Part shown: positions 48,461 to 56,695 of the stretch, one piece after another
Numbering within the stretch: the first letter of the stretch is position 1
Layout: every line of letters begins with the position of its first letter
DNA from: a virus
Strand: one strand, 5' to 3'
IMG/VR virus record: IMGVR_UViG_3300045684_000013
Coordinates: 2,407-66,406 of that record
DNA: 64,000 nucleotides
The notes under the pieces: generated by a model
What the model was told of the DNA's origin: nothing
The model's database searches: none
What the model saw: only the letters and a program-made list of their open reading frames with translations
Translations under genes and position numbers: made by a program

Positions 48461-48475
48461 GGTATATTGGCACCA

Positions 48476-49153
48476 ATGAAGATTGAATCAAGAAACGGTG
48501 CCACAGTACGTCTGCCATGGAAGGAACTGCAATGGTTGCAACATCCTGACTTGAAAGATTTCACGGTCACTGACTTTGAACGGCTGAAGGCAGCTGTGAA
48601 AAAGTATGGTTTGATTCGCGGCCTGAATGGTTGGAAGGCACCAGATGGCACCTTCTTCATTTTGGATGGCTGCCATTTGCAAGTGGTTTTGCTGGCCTTG
48701 GAAAAAGAAGGCCACCAGCTGCCACAGGAAGTGGATGTGCATTTAAAGCTGTGCAAAGACAGACAGGAAGCAGCAGAATTTGTGCTGTTGTATTCCTCTA
48801 TTTATGCACGCATGACCTACGAAGGCCTTGAAAGCCACATGCATGAATTCACCCTGACACCTGTTGATGTTGATGAAGTAACTGACATTCCCTTCCTTTC
48901 CATGGACTATTGGAAAGACCTGACACCTGAAGACACTGGCCAGACATCTGGCCAGATGGATGCAGAAGCAGCGGTGAAATATGACAAGCCAGAAAGAATC
49001 ACATTCACCTTCAGTGGCGTTGAACGGTCACTGTATTATGATTCTTTGCAGAAGATTAAGACAAAGTATAATTTCACCACCTTGACACAGGTGCTGAAAC
49101 ACCTGATAAAATTGGAAACTGATGCTGACACTGATGCACCAGTTGCTGTGTAA
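48476..49153 (+). CDS. ParB-like N-terminal domain protein
   Basis: RLKAAVKKYGLI...FILDGCHL; directly upstream of TerS. Confidence 0.65.
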   Translation: MKIESRNGATVRLPWKELQWLQHPDLKDFTVTDFERLKAAVKKYGLIRGLNGWKAPDGTFFILDGCHLQVVLLALEKEGHQLPQEVDVHLKLCKDRQEAAEFVLLYSSIYARMTYEGLESHMHEFTLTPVDVDEVTDIPFLSMDYWKDLTPEDTGQTSGQMDAEAAVKYDKPERITFTFSGVERSLYYDSLQKIKTKYNFTTLTQVLKHLIKLETDADTDAPVAV

Positions 49154-49176
49154 TCTCAACTAGTAATCAATTTAAT

Positions 49177-49896
49177 ATGGCTAAGACGAAAGGCCAGCAG
49201 CCAAACCAGAAGCCCACTGGCCCAAAAAAAGTGAGGCTGAAAAGGAACAAAATGCAGATTGACCATGACAGGCTACTGATTTCCAGATACAGGCTGGAAG
49301 GCCTGCCAATGTATGAAATTGCCATCAGGCTGAATGCAAGGCCAGACGTGGAATATCAGTTGAATGTGGCAAATATTGAACGTGACATCAATGCTGTCAG
49401 GCAGGTGTGGAATAAAGAAGTGATGCCAAACATGGGTGCATTCCTGAATGAAAGGATTGCAGTGCAGCAGCATGCCAAATCAGAACTGTTTGCGATGTAC
49501 CACAGATCATTTCAGAAGGGCTTCACCATGACCACGCAACAGCGCGCCATTGTCAACATGGTTGAAGATGCTGACAAGCCGTCAATTGTGACTGCCAGTG
49601 GCATACAGCCAGCAATGAAGCAGGTGGCACAGCCGTATGAAGTAGTCACCAAGAATGACACTGAAGAATTCAGGCTGAAGGTACTGAATGCAATTTCTGT
49701 TGTTGACATGCGAATCATGCAAATCATGGGCAAATCTGTTGATATGTACCATCAGCAAAGGCAACAGGAAGCAGAAATACAGGCACAGGCTGAAAAGGGT
49801 GGCAATCCATACACAGTGAATATTGTTGTGCAGGATTTTGATGCCAGCCAGCTGCAATCAACTGAAATGCAGTTCAGTGATATTGAAGAAGTCTGA
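49177..49896 (+). CDS. terS: terminase small subunit
   Basis: N-terminal HTH (LEGLPMYEIA...IERDI); coupled to TerL. Confidence 0.65.
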   Translation: MAKTKGQQPNQKPTGPKKVRLKRNKMQIDHDRLLISRYRLEGLPMYEIAIRLNARPDVEYQLNVANIERDINAVRQVWNKEVMPNMGAFLNERIAVQQHAKSELFAMYHRSFQKGFTMTTQQRAIVNMVEDADKPSIVTASGIQPAMKQVAQPYEVVTKNDTEEFRLKVLNAISVVDMRIMQIMGKSVDMYHQQRQQEAEIQAQAEKGGNPYTVNIVVQDFDASQLQSTEMQFSDIEEV

Positions 49897-51260
49897 TGCC
49901 TGACATCAACATTCTGCCAGCTTATGCAGAAATGCATACAACTGCAATGAAATATATCAGGTTGCAGGGCAGTGCTGGTTCTGGAAAGTCAGAAGCCTGC
50001 ACCAGATTTGTGATTGCAGCGGCACTTCAGCATGAAAGAAGGAAGGTTCTGGTTATGCGTAAGGTGGCCAGAACATTACGAACATCAGTTTTTGCCACTT
50101 TTCTTGATGTGCTGGAAGAATTGGGCCTGTCAAGTCATTTTTATGTGACCACATCACCAATGGAAATGACAAACAAATTCAATGGCAGCAAAATATTATT
50201 CATGGGTGTTGATGACCCTGAAAAATTGAAGTCTATACGTGGTATCAGTCTTGTTTTTCTGGAAGAATTTACAGAATTCACAAAAAAGGATTTCAGGCAA
50301 ATCAGGCTAAGACTAAGGACGCCAGACAATGCGCCGTTTCATGATCAGGTACTGATGGCCTACAATCCAATCAGCAAAAAAACTTTTGTCTATAAAGATA
50401 TTCATGAAGGTGGCATGCTGGAAGGGCATGAATTATTCATCAAGACCACATATAAAGACAACCCATACCTTCCTGCCACATACAGGCAGGAATTGAATGA
50501 ATTGGCTGAATCAAGTGACCCTGCATACGCCAAAATATATGCTGATGGTGAATTTGCTGACCTGATTGAAGGGCTGATATACAAGCAATACAATGTGACA
50601 CCTGATTTCAAGTTTTTCAGGGCACCAGTTTATGGCCTTGACTTTGGATTCAGCAGTGACCAGACAGCTTTGGTGAAGGTTGGTGAAGTGCCACAGGCTG
50701 GCAGGAAGCCTGACAAGCTGTTTGCAGATGAAGTGTTTTATGAATTGAACCTGACAGCCAATGACATCACAGCCCTGATGCATGAATACAGGGTGCCCAA
50801 AAACGCAAAAATATATGCTGACCACAGGCCTGAAATCATTGAAGAAATTCAGCGTGCTGGCTGGTCAGGCTGCGTGAAGGCGGTAAAAGGTGCAGGCAGT
50901 ATCAATTCAGGCATCATGTTGGTGCAGGGTTATGAATTGAACTTTACAGAAAACAGTGTGAACCTTCAGCGTGAAGCAGAATTATATAAATGGAAGGAAG
51001 ACAGGGATGGCGAACCATTGCCAGAACCAATTGATAAATTCAATCATGGGCTTGATGCCATCAGAATGGCAGTGACATCAATGAAGGGAAAGAAGAACAG
51101 AAAGCCAGCGTCACAGCCAATTCCACAGGCAAGGGCTGGCCAGCCAGCCAGCAGCAGTGCAGCCAGCCAGCAGCAGGCCAGCAGGGCAGCAGGCAGGCAG
51201 CCTGATGTGTCAGGGATTGAAGCAGAAATTGAAGCACTGAAAAAGCGTTTATTGTCATGA
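49896..51260 (+). CDS. terL: terminase large subunit (PBSX family)
   Basis: GSAGSGKS, GVDDPEKLKS, LEE, YNP, GLDFGF, NHGLDAIR. Confidence 0.95.
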   Translation: MPDINILPAYAEMHTTAMKYIRLQGSAGSGKSEACTRFVIAAALQHERRKVLVMRKVARTLRTSVFATFLDVLEELGLSSHFYVTTSPMEMTNKFNGSKILFMGVDDPEKLKSIRGISLVFLEEFTEFTKKDFRQIRLRLRTPDNAPFHDQVLMAYNPISKKTFVYKDIHEGGMLEGHELFIKTTYKDNPYLPATYRQELNELAESSDPAYAKIYADGEFADLIEGLIYKQYNVTPDFKFFRAPVYGLDFGFSSDQTALVKVGEVPQAGRKPDKLFADEVFYELNLTANDITALMHEYRVPKNAKIYADHRPEIIEEIQRAGWSGCVKAVKGAGSINSGIMLVQGYELNFTENSVNLQREAELYKWKEDRDGEPLPEPIDKFNHGLDAIRMAVTSMKGKKNRKPASQPIPQARAGQPASSSAASQQQASRAAGRQPDVSGIEAEIEALKKRLLS

Positions 51261-51514
51261 AGTTTGGCCAAAAATTCCACAGGCACCAGCCATCAAAGTT
51301 TGTTTCTTTGCCTCCACCAAAAGACAGGCACAGGCCAACCAAGTCAGTTGATGAAAACAAGCTGATAAAAAACAGAATCAGGCAGCTTGAAAGGCAGAAA
51401 AGGCAAATTCAAAAGGGTGTCTTTGTGCCAGTGGCAAAAAGAAGCGTGCAGCATGTGCCAACAGGCAGGAAAAATGATGTTATCATCAGCACTTTCAGGA
51501 TGAATGAAAAATGA
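51257..51514 (+). CDS. small basic protein
   Basis: ATGA coupling. Confidence 0.45.
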   Translation: MKFGQKFHRHQPSKFVSLPPPKDRHRPTKSVDENKLIKNRIRQLERQKRQIQKGVFVPVAKRSVQHVPTGRKNDVIISTFRMNEK

Positions 51515-51531
51515 TTTCATAAATTGGCAGC

Positions 51532-51990
51532 ATGAATGCACTGACAATGAAACCATCAGAAGCCTGTTGCCTGAAATTGCAACCACTTCAGGAAGGCTTT
51601 GCAGGCACCATCAGCCTGCCTTTAACAGATCAGGCAACAGTGGCACCAGTGGCAGCCAATCTGTATGTTTACAGGGCAGGTGTGTCAACACCAGCAGCCG
51701 TGACCGGAACCATTGCCGTGCCAGTGCTGCCAGCCACAACAGGTGTGCTGACCTTTACGCCAACAGTCATGCAGCAGAAATATTTCAGCAGGTACAGCAG
51801 GAAACTGGTCATTGAAGCATTCTTGTCAGATGGCACACGTGTTCAGTTTCAAGATGCTGATACAGTGCTGCATCCTTCCCTGTGCTTTGCATGCCAGCCA
51901 TGTGCAGATGGCATCAGTGATTCTGCCAGCAAAGAAATGGCAGAACACATTGACCTTTGCCCTGACTGTGACTGCACTGTGGGCTGCTAA
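51532..51990 (+). CDS. Cys-rich putative virion protein
   Basis: CC at the N-terminus; CFACQPC and CPDCDC..GC at the C-terminus. Confidence 0.55.
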   Translation: MNALTMKPSEACCLKLQPLQEGFAGTISLPLTDQATVAPVAANLYVYRAGVSTPAAVTGTIAVPVLPATTGVLTFTPTVMQQKYFSRYSRKLVIEAFLSDGTRVQFQDADTVLHPSLCFACQPCADGISDSASKEMAEHIDLCPDCDCTVGC

Positions 51991-52148
51991 AAAAAATTCT
52001 TTCCTGTTTGTTTCTTCATTTTGCTTGCTAAGGTGGTCACTGAATGGTGGCCACTTTTTTGCATGTTGCATTGGCTTCATGGCCAGCCTTTCTGCAAAAG
52101 TTGCTGGTTCGCTCATTACTGAACAAACGCAATGGATGGTGAAAGGCT

Positions 52149-52250
52149 TTTTTTACGCTTATTTTCAAATGTGCTTGCAAGTATGAAACTTTTTTTTGCA
52201 TCTTTGAAGTGTTGGGCAATGAAGCTTGACACAACAACATCATCAAAATG
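52149..52250 (+). promoter_or_regulatory. dispersed cassette, copy 7
   Basis: Conserved core and leader, ATG 52248. Confidence 0.9.
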
Positions 52251-52685
52251 AAAAATTCACAGACCAGCAACAGCATTGAAGACATTTTTGGCAGCGTTAT
52301 TCATGAAGATTCTTTCAACACGCGCATTCAGTCAGGTGAATACATGGATGTCATTGATACCATCAGCCTGAACCAGCTGGCCAAAGAAGCAGGCATCAAG
52401 TTTGCAGTTGCTGTTGATGCTGGCATGTTCAGTGCCATCAAAAACTTCAGCCCTGCATTATGCCAGTCAGTTTCAGGGCGCGTTTGGGATTTGTTCACCA
52501 TGTTCACCAATGCAGCCAAAGGCAGGATCAGTGCAAAGGTTGAACAGCTTGAATGTGGTCAGGCAATGACTTTTGATTTTATCATGACACAAGGCAGATC
52601 AAAATGGGTTACAGTTAAGGCTATTGTTGGCCCCAAAGGGCCACATGATGCTGCACCATGCATCAGCTTTCATTTTGTACGCTAA
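52248..52685 (+). CDS. hypothetical protein, first gene of copy 7
   Basis: IFGSVIH...AKEAGIKFAVA...QSVSGRVWDL. Confidence 0.7.
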   Translation: MKNSQTSNSIEDIFGSVIHEDSFNTRIQSGEYMDVIDTISLNQLAKEAGIKFAVAVDAGMFSAIKNFSPALCQSVSGRVWDLFTMFTNAAKGRISAKVEQLECGQAMTFDFIMTQGRSKWVTVKAIVGPKGPHDAAPCISFHFVR

Positions 52686-52758
52686 TCATCAGGCAGGCTG
52701 TTAATCAGGCAGGCTGTTAATCAGGCAGCCTGCCTTTTCATATATTACATCAATCATC

Positions 52759-52926
52759 ATGTCACAGAAGAAAAGAAAAACCAGCAAGGGAATGGCAGCA
52801 CTGATGGAAAATTTCAGGTCTGCCAAAAATAATGGCATGCCTGAAATGGCTGAAGGCTGGCTGACAGTCACTTCATTTATGGAACGTGAAAAAGATTTTC
52901 AGCTTTCCTTTCAGGAAGACTTGTGA
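52759..52926 (+). CDS. 55-aa hypothetical protein
   Basis: ACATCAATCATC leader after a hairpin. Confidence 0.5.
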   Translation: MSQKKRKTSKGMAALMENFRSAKNNGMPEMAEGWLTVTSFMEREKDFQLSFQEDL

Positions 52927-53023
52927 AAAAGAATATTGCAGCACAAGCACCCTGTCAGTCATCTGGCAGGGTGTTTGTCTTTTGTGGAAAAATGCTGATA
53001 TTGCCAGTATAAAAATATGAAAA

Positions 53024-53755
53024 ATGGGAATTGATATAGTTATTCTTGCATTGTCCATGGTTGGCTTCACATTGCTTGTTTCTTTTTCGTTTGAAGATGG
53101 CAACATTTTCAGTTGGGCCATTTCGTCACTGAAGGAATGGCAAGGAAAAGCAGAAAGCAGGTTTGAGGCAATTCTGAAGGTGATCAGTAATGAAAGGAAG
53201 CAGGCTGAATGGCTTGAAGCTGCCATTGTTCCACCGCATCAGCCACCAATTGATGAACTGCAAAGGCTTGATTGGCATGTTGCATTTGCCGTGGCCACAC
53301 ATAGAGAACCAACTATGCAGGAAAGGGCAGAATATAAGACAGTCAATCACAGGAAAATGGCCAGTGACACACAAATTGTTCAATATCATCTTTTCCCATT
53401 TGAAATTGGTGAAGGGCTGGAAGAACTTCAGTCAAAGTTGAAAGACAATCAGCGGCTTCACTGCATCACAAATGATGTGGAGGCATGCAAGGCAAGGGCT
53501 GAAGCCATTAAAATAAACCACAAAATCAGGGCGGTCACTGATGAATTGAAAGCACAAAAAAAGGTTGACTTTATTGAATACATAATTAAGCCAATTTATG
53601 GCTGTCCAATTTGCATGCTTTTTTGGTATGGTACAGCCTTTTTTGCTGCCATGTGGCTGACAGGTGTTGCAGGCTGGCTGTCATGGATGCCAGCAATGGC
53701 CTGTGCCTATGGCATTTTGCTGGCACCTGCTTTCATTAAGTCTTTTTCAGAATAA
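53024..53755 (+). CDS. membrane protein with coiled coil and CPICM motif
   Basis: N- and C-terminal hydrophobic segments; KPIYGCPICM..WYG. Confidence 0.65.
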   Translation: MGIDIVILALSMVGFTLLVSFSFEDGNIFSWAISSLKEWQGKAESRFEAILKVISNERKQAEWLEAAIVPPHQPPIDELQRLDWHVAFAVATHREPTMQERAEYKTVNHRKMASDTQIVQYHLFPFEIGEGLEELQSKLKDNQRLHCITNDVEACKARAEAIKINHKIRAVTDELKAQKKVDFIEYIIKPIYGCPICMLFWYGTAFFAAMWLTGVAGWLSWMPAMACAYGILLAPAFIKSFSE

Positions 53756-53768
53756 AACACAAACTGAC

Positions 53769-53993
53769 ATGAAAAAAATTACTTTACATGGTCCAGAAGG
53801 CCAAGGCACAAAAGATGATCAGTATTTTTTCAGCATTGTTGATGCTGATGGTGAACTGCTGGCACAGTCTGTTCCATTTTCAAGCCTGAATGAATTGCTG
53901 AATGCAGTTCAGGTGAATTTCAGTGGTGTGGCACTTGATTCATCTGACCTTGGCACTGAAGCACCACCAGAAAGAATCATTGGCCATGTATAA
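53769..53993 (+). CDS. small hypothetical protein
   Basis: YFFSIVDADGELLAQS. Confidence 0.55.
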   Translation: MKKITLHGPEGQGTKDDQYFFSIVDADGELLAQSVPFSSLNELLNAVQVNFSGVALDSSDLGTEAPPERIIGHV

Positions 53994-54396
53994 GCCAGCC
54001 ACATTCTTTTGGTTATTTGCAACAATCATGGCAGTTGTGTTCAGTGGCTGGCTTTCAACAGGACTGGCAATTGAATTTGACAACTGGTTTTTTTGGTTTT
54101 GTGTTGTTCAGTCTGCTTCTGTGGCTGCTTTATGGGCTAATGATTATTGCAAGATGATTGTCTGTCAGAAGCCCACAGAAGCCACAGGCTGCAATGCATC
54201 CACTGCTGGTGTGTTTGTGTCATGCAGGCCATCAGAAGTCAGCTGGCACCAGTATGTGGCACCACAGGCCACAGTGCTTGGCGGAATTGATGCAGCAGCT
54301 TTTGCAGTTGCAGTTGATATGCTGGCGCATGCTGCCAGAAAGGCAAATCAGGAATATACAAATCAAACAAAAAGCACACATGAAGGCAATAATTGA
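53986..54396 (+). CDS. membrane protein
   Basis: Two hydrophobic segments. Confidence 0.5.
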   Translation: MYKPATFFWLFATIMAVVFSGWLSTGLAIEFDNWFFWFCVVQSASVAALWANDYCKMIVCQKPTEATGCNASTAGVFVSCRPSEVSWHQYVAPQATVLGGIDAAAFAVAVDMLAHAARKANQEYTNQTKSTHEGNN

Positions 54397-54805
54397 AGGC
54401 AGTGCGCAATATTTCAGCTGGAAGCTTCAGCATGCTAATGGCTTTTCATTGAAGGCAAGTGACATATTTAACACAGAAATGGCAGCTATTGAGCAAGCAG
54501 CTGGCTGGCTGATTGACTTGCATCTGCATGAAGTAATTCCATTGCTGAATGCTTCAGGCATACAAATTGACGTCAGGGTGCCACACAGTCAACCTGAACA
54601 ACCTGAACAGCCTGAACAGCAGACTACACCAGAAGAAAAATGCAATGCACTAAGAACAGCCACACTGCTGGCAGGGCTTGACATTCCTGAAGAAGTGCTG
54701 AAATATATGACAGGCATCATTCAGCTTTACATGAAAAAAGGTGATGACATGAACCTGAAAGAAGTGAAAAAAATATTCAAAGAATCATTTGATGCAGCTG
54801 GCTGA
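54380..54805 (+). CDS. hypothetical protein
   Basis: Coupled ORF; QPE repeats. Confidence 0.55.
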   Translation: MKAIIEGSAQYFSWKLQHANGFSLKASDIFNTEMAAIEQAAGWLIDLHLHEVIPLLNASGIQIDVRVPHSQPEQPEQPEQQTTPEEKCNALRTATLLAGLDIPEEVLKYMTGIIQLYMKKGDDMNLKEVKKIFKESFDAAG

Positions 54806-54980
54806 TTTGATAGTAAATTGCTTGGCAGTTGTTTTGATTGTCAACAGTGCAGAAAAAATGGCACATTGGGATGATGCACAGCAAATTGGTGTCATTCTTC
54901 CTTTTCCGTGGCTGGCATTGCTTGAATTGCTGATTGGTACTGCACTTGTTGTCATTTCTGCAATAAATACAAAATATTGA
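54792..54980 (+). CDS. small membrane protein
   Basis: Two hydrophobic stretches. Confidence 0.45.
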   Translation: MQLADLIVNCLAVVLIVNSAEKMAHWDDAQQIGVILPFPWLALLELLIGTALVVISAINTKY

Positions 54981-54983
54981 ATT

Positions 54984-55826
54984 ATGTTTGATGCACTTGC
55001 AATGATTGTTTCAAAAGTGCCTTTCAGGTCAAAGGAAAGAAAGGCACTTGATGAAGCACTAAAAGAATTTCCATACCATGTGGCATTCATGATTGGCAGA
55101 CAAAAATGGTACTGTTATGATGAACTGTCGCACATGTCTGTTGGCAGGTCTGGCCAAGTCAATGCAATTGCAGCGCAGGCACAGTTGAATATCACACCAG
55201 ATGACCTGAAGTATCTTTCTGGCATCATTCGTGACATGCTGGATTTGCCACACACTGAAATGAAGTCAATGCAGGCAGAAGCTGGCAGAATACTTCAGGC
55301 AGGATTGCAGGCAACGCCACCAGACCAGCTGAAGACACTGTTGAAAAGGATGGCCACGGTTGACATGAAACCTGCAAGGGTGGCTGAAAGTCTGCTGACA
55401 GAACTTTCAAAAAGAATGGAACTGTTGGCACATGAAGAATTTTTGTACAGGCTGGCAGCTGTCATGTTTTGGTGTGACGGGGAAAATCCACGGCTGATGT
55501 TGGAGCCAGAACAGATCAACAAAAAAGTTGAATTTTTAAAAAAAAAGGGGGAAAATATACTCTTACGGCTGCTGATGACACCAGTGGCAAACATACTGTA
55601 TCATCTCAATCAATCAGATCAAGATTCAGTCACATCATTGATGATGGCACTGACCATTCAGAAGCCCTTCCAAAAGTTTTCAGATATGATACTAACACAG
55701 GAAAATCTGAAATCTTCAGTATCTGGCACCACACCCAAAGACACCTTGACAGAAGCAACATGGCCACATTCAGACAAGCAGGAAGAAGTCAGGCAGAATT
55801 TGAAAGGTGGAACATCAGACCTTTGA
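54984..55826 (+). CDS. tail assembly chaperone (G-like), 0-frame product
   Basis: Upstream of the tape measure; contains slippery run TTTTTAAAAAAAAAGGGGG. Confidence 0.65.
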   Translation: MFDALAMIVSKVPFRSKERKALDEALKEFPYHVAFMIGRQKWYCYDELSHMSVGRSGQVNAIAAQAQLNITPDDLKYLSGIIRDMLDLPHTEMKSMQAEAGRILQAGLQATPPDQLKTLLKRMATVDMKPARVAESLLTELSKRMELLAHEEFLYRLAAVMFWCDGENPRLMLEPEQINKKVEFLKKKGENILLRLLMTPVANILYHLNQSDQDSVTSLMMALTIQKPFQKFSDMILTQENLKSSVSGTTPKDTLTEATWPHSDKQEEVRQNLKGGTSDL

Positions 55827-55936
55827 TTTCATTTTATGAATTCTTGGCCAAGCTGAAACAGCTGAATGACAATGACAGTGCCAGAAAGAAAATGGAAAGT
55901 GATTTGAAGCAGCAAAGGAAGCAGGCAAAAGGCTGA
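55541..55936 (+). CDS. -1 frameshift extension (GT-like) of the tail chaperone
   Basis: A AAA AAG at 55541-55547; -1 frame closed at TGA 55529 and open to TGA 55934-55936. Confidence 0.75.
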   Translation, partial: KKGGKYTLTAADDTSGKHTVSSQSIRSRFSHIIDDGTDHSEALPKVFRYDTNTGKSEIFSIWHHTQRHLDRSNMATFRQAGRSQAEFERWNIRPLISFYEFLAKLKQLNDNDSARKKMESDLKQQRKQAKG

Positions 55937-56061
55937 CCAGCAATGGCCAGCTTTTTCATTTATTTTCAACTTTTTTCAAATATGCTTGCAAGTCTGAAAC
56001 CTTTTTTGCATCTTTGGAGTGTTGGGCAATGATGCCTGACAAACAACATCAACATCAAATG
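55929..56061 (+). promoter_or_regulatory. dispersed cassette, copy 8
   Basis: Hairpin plus T-run, core, leader variant GGGCAATGATGCCTGACA, ATG 56059. Confidence 0.9.
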
Positions 56062-56589
56062 AAGGCCATCAACAATTTTTCCAGCGATTTTCTGACAAGC
56101 ATGTTTGACAATGCGCGGCATGACATCAGCCTTGCCATTGAAAATGCACCATTCAATAATGGCATTGGCGGTGTGTTCGTCACTGACACAATTTTTGGAC
56201 TGCTTGACATTGAATTCACTGAAGCAACTGGTGTGTTTGTCTTCAGAATCAACAATGATGGCAAGGATTTTTTTACCACTGGCAGCCATTATGCAGCAAT
56301 TGTTTTCCTGATGGCTGCTTATGACTATACATCAGAAGGTGATTTGACAGAAGAAGAAAAGCAGGATGTGGCCTATTTGGCAGGCATGGCAGCGAATTAC
56401 AAAGGGCAGAAGCTTGTGCCACACCACTGCAAGCAGTTTGGCATGTTGATTGATGGTCAGGTTGGCGGGAACACTGTGAAGCTTGCCACATCGTGGCACA
56501 ATGGCTTTCACAGGGTGAACCATTTGGCAGGTGATGCACTGCTGCGAAAGTGGGCAGAAGAAGACAGCCAGCCACATCAGGCAGGCTGA
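56059..56589 (+). CDS. hypothetical protein, gene of copy 8
   Basis: ATG at the cassette end. Confidence 0.7.
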   Translation: MKAINNFSSDFLTSMFDNARHDISLAIENAPFNNGIGGVFVTDTIFGLLDIEFTEATGVFVFRINNDGKDFFTTGSHYAAIVFLMAAYDYTSEGDLTEEEKQDVAYLAGMAANYKGQKLVPHHCKQFGMLIDGQVGGNTVKLATSWHNGFHRVNHLAGDALLRKWAEEDSQPHQAG

Positions 56590-56695
56590 CTAGCAACGGG
56601 AAACCAGAATTGAAAACAGCTGACATGATTTGTCAGCTGTTTTTTTATATATTGCAATTGGATGTGGTTGCCAGCACCTTCAAAAAAGCTGGACT

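Noticed and set aside
52032-52148. Possible structured ncRNA or tRNA upstream of cassette 7
   Set aside because: Only a terminator-like stem and an 8-bp long-range pairing are visible; no cloverleaf or recognisable family.
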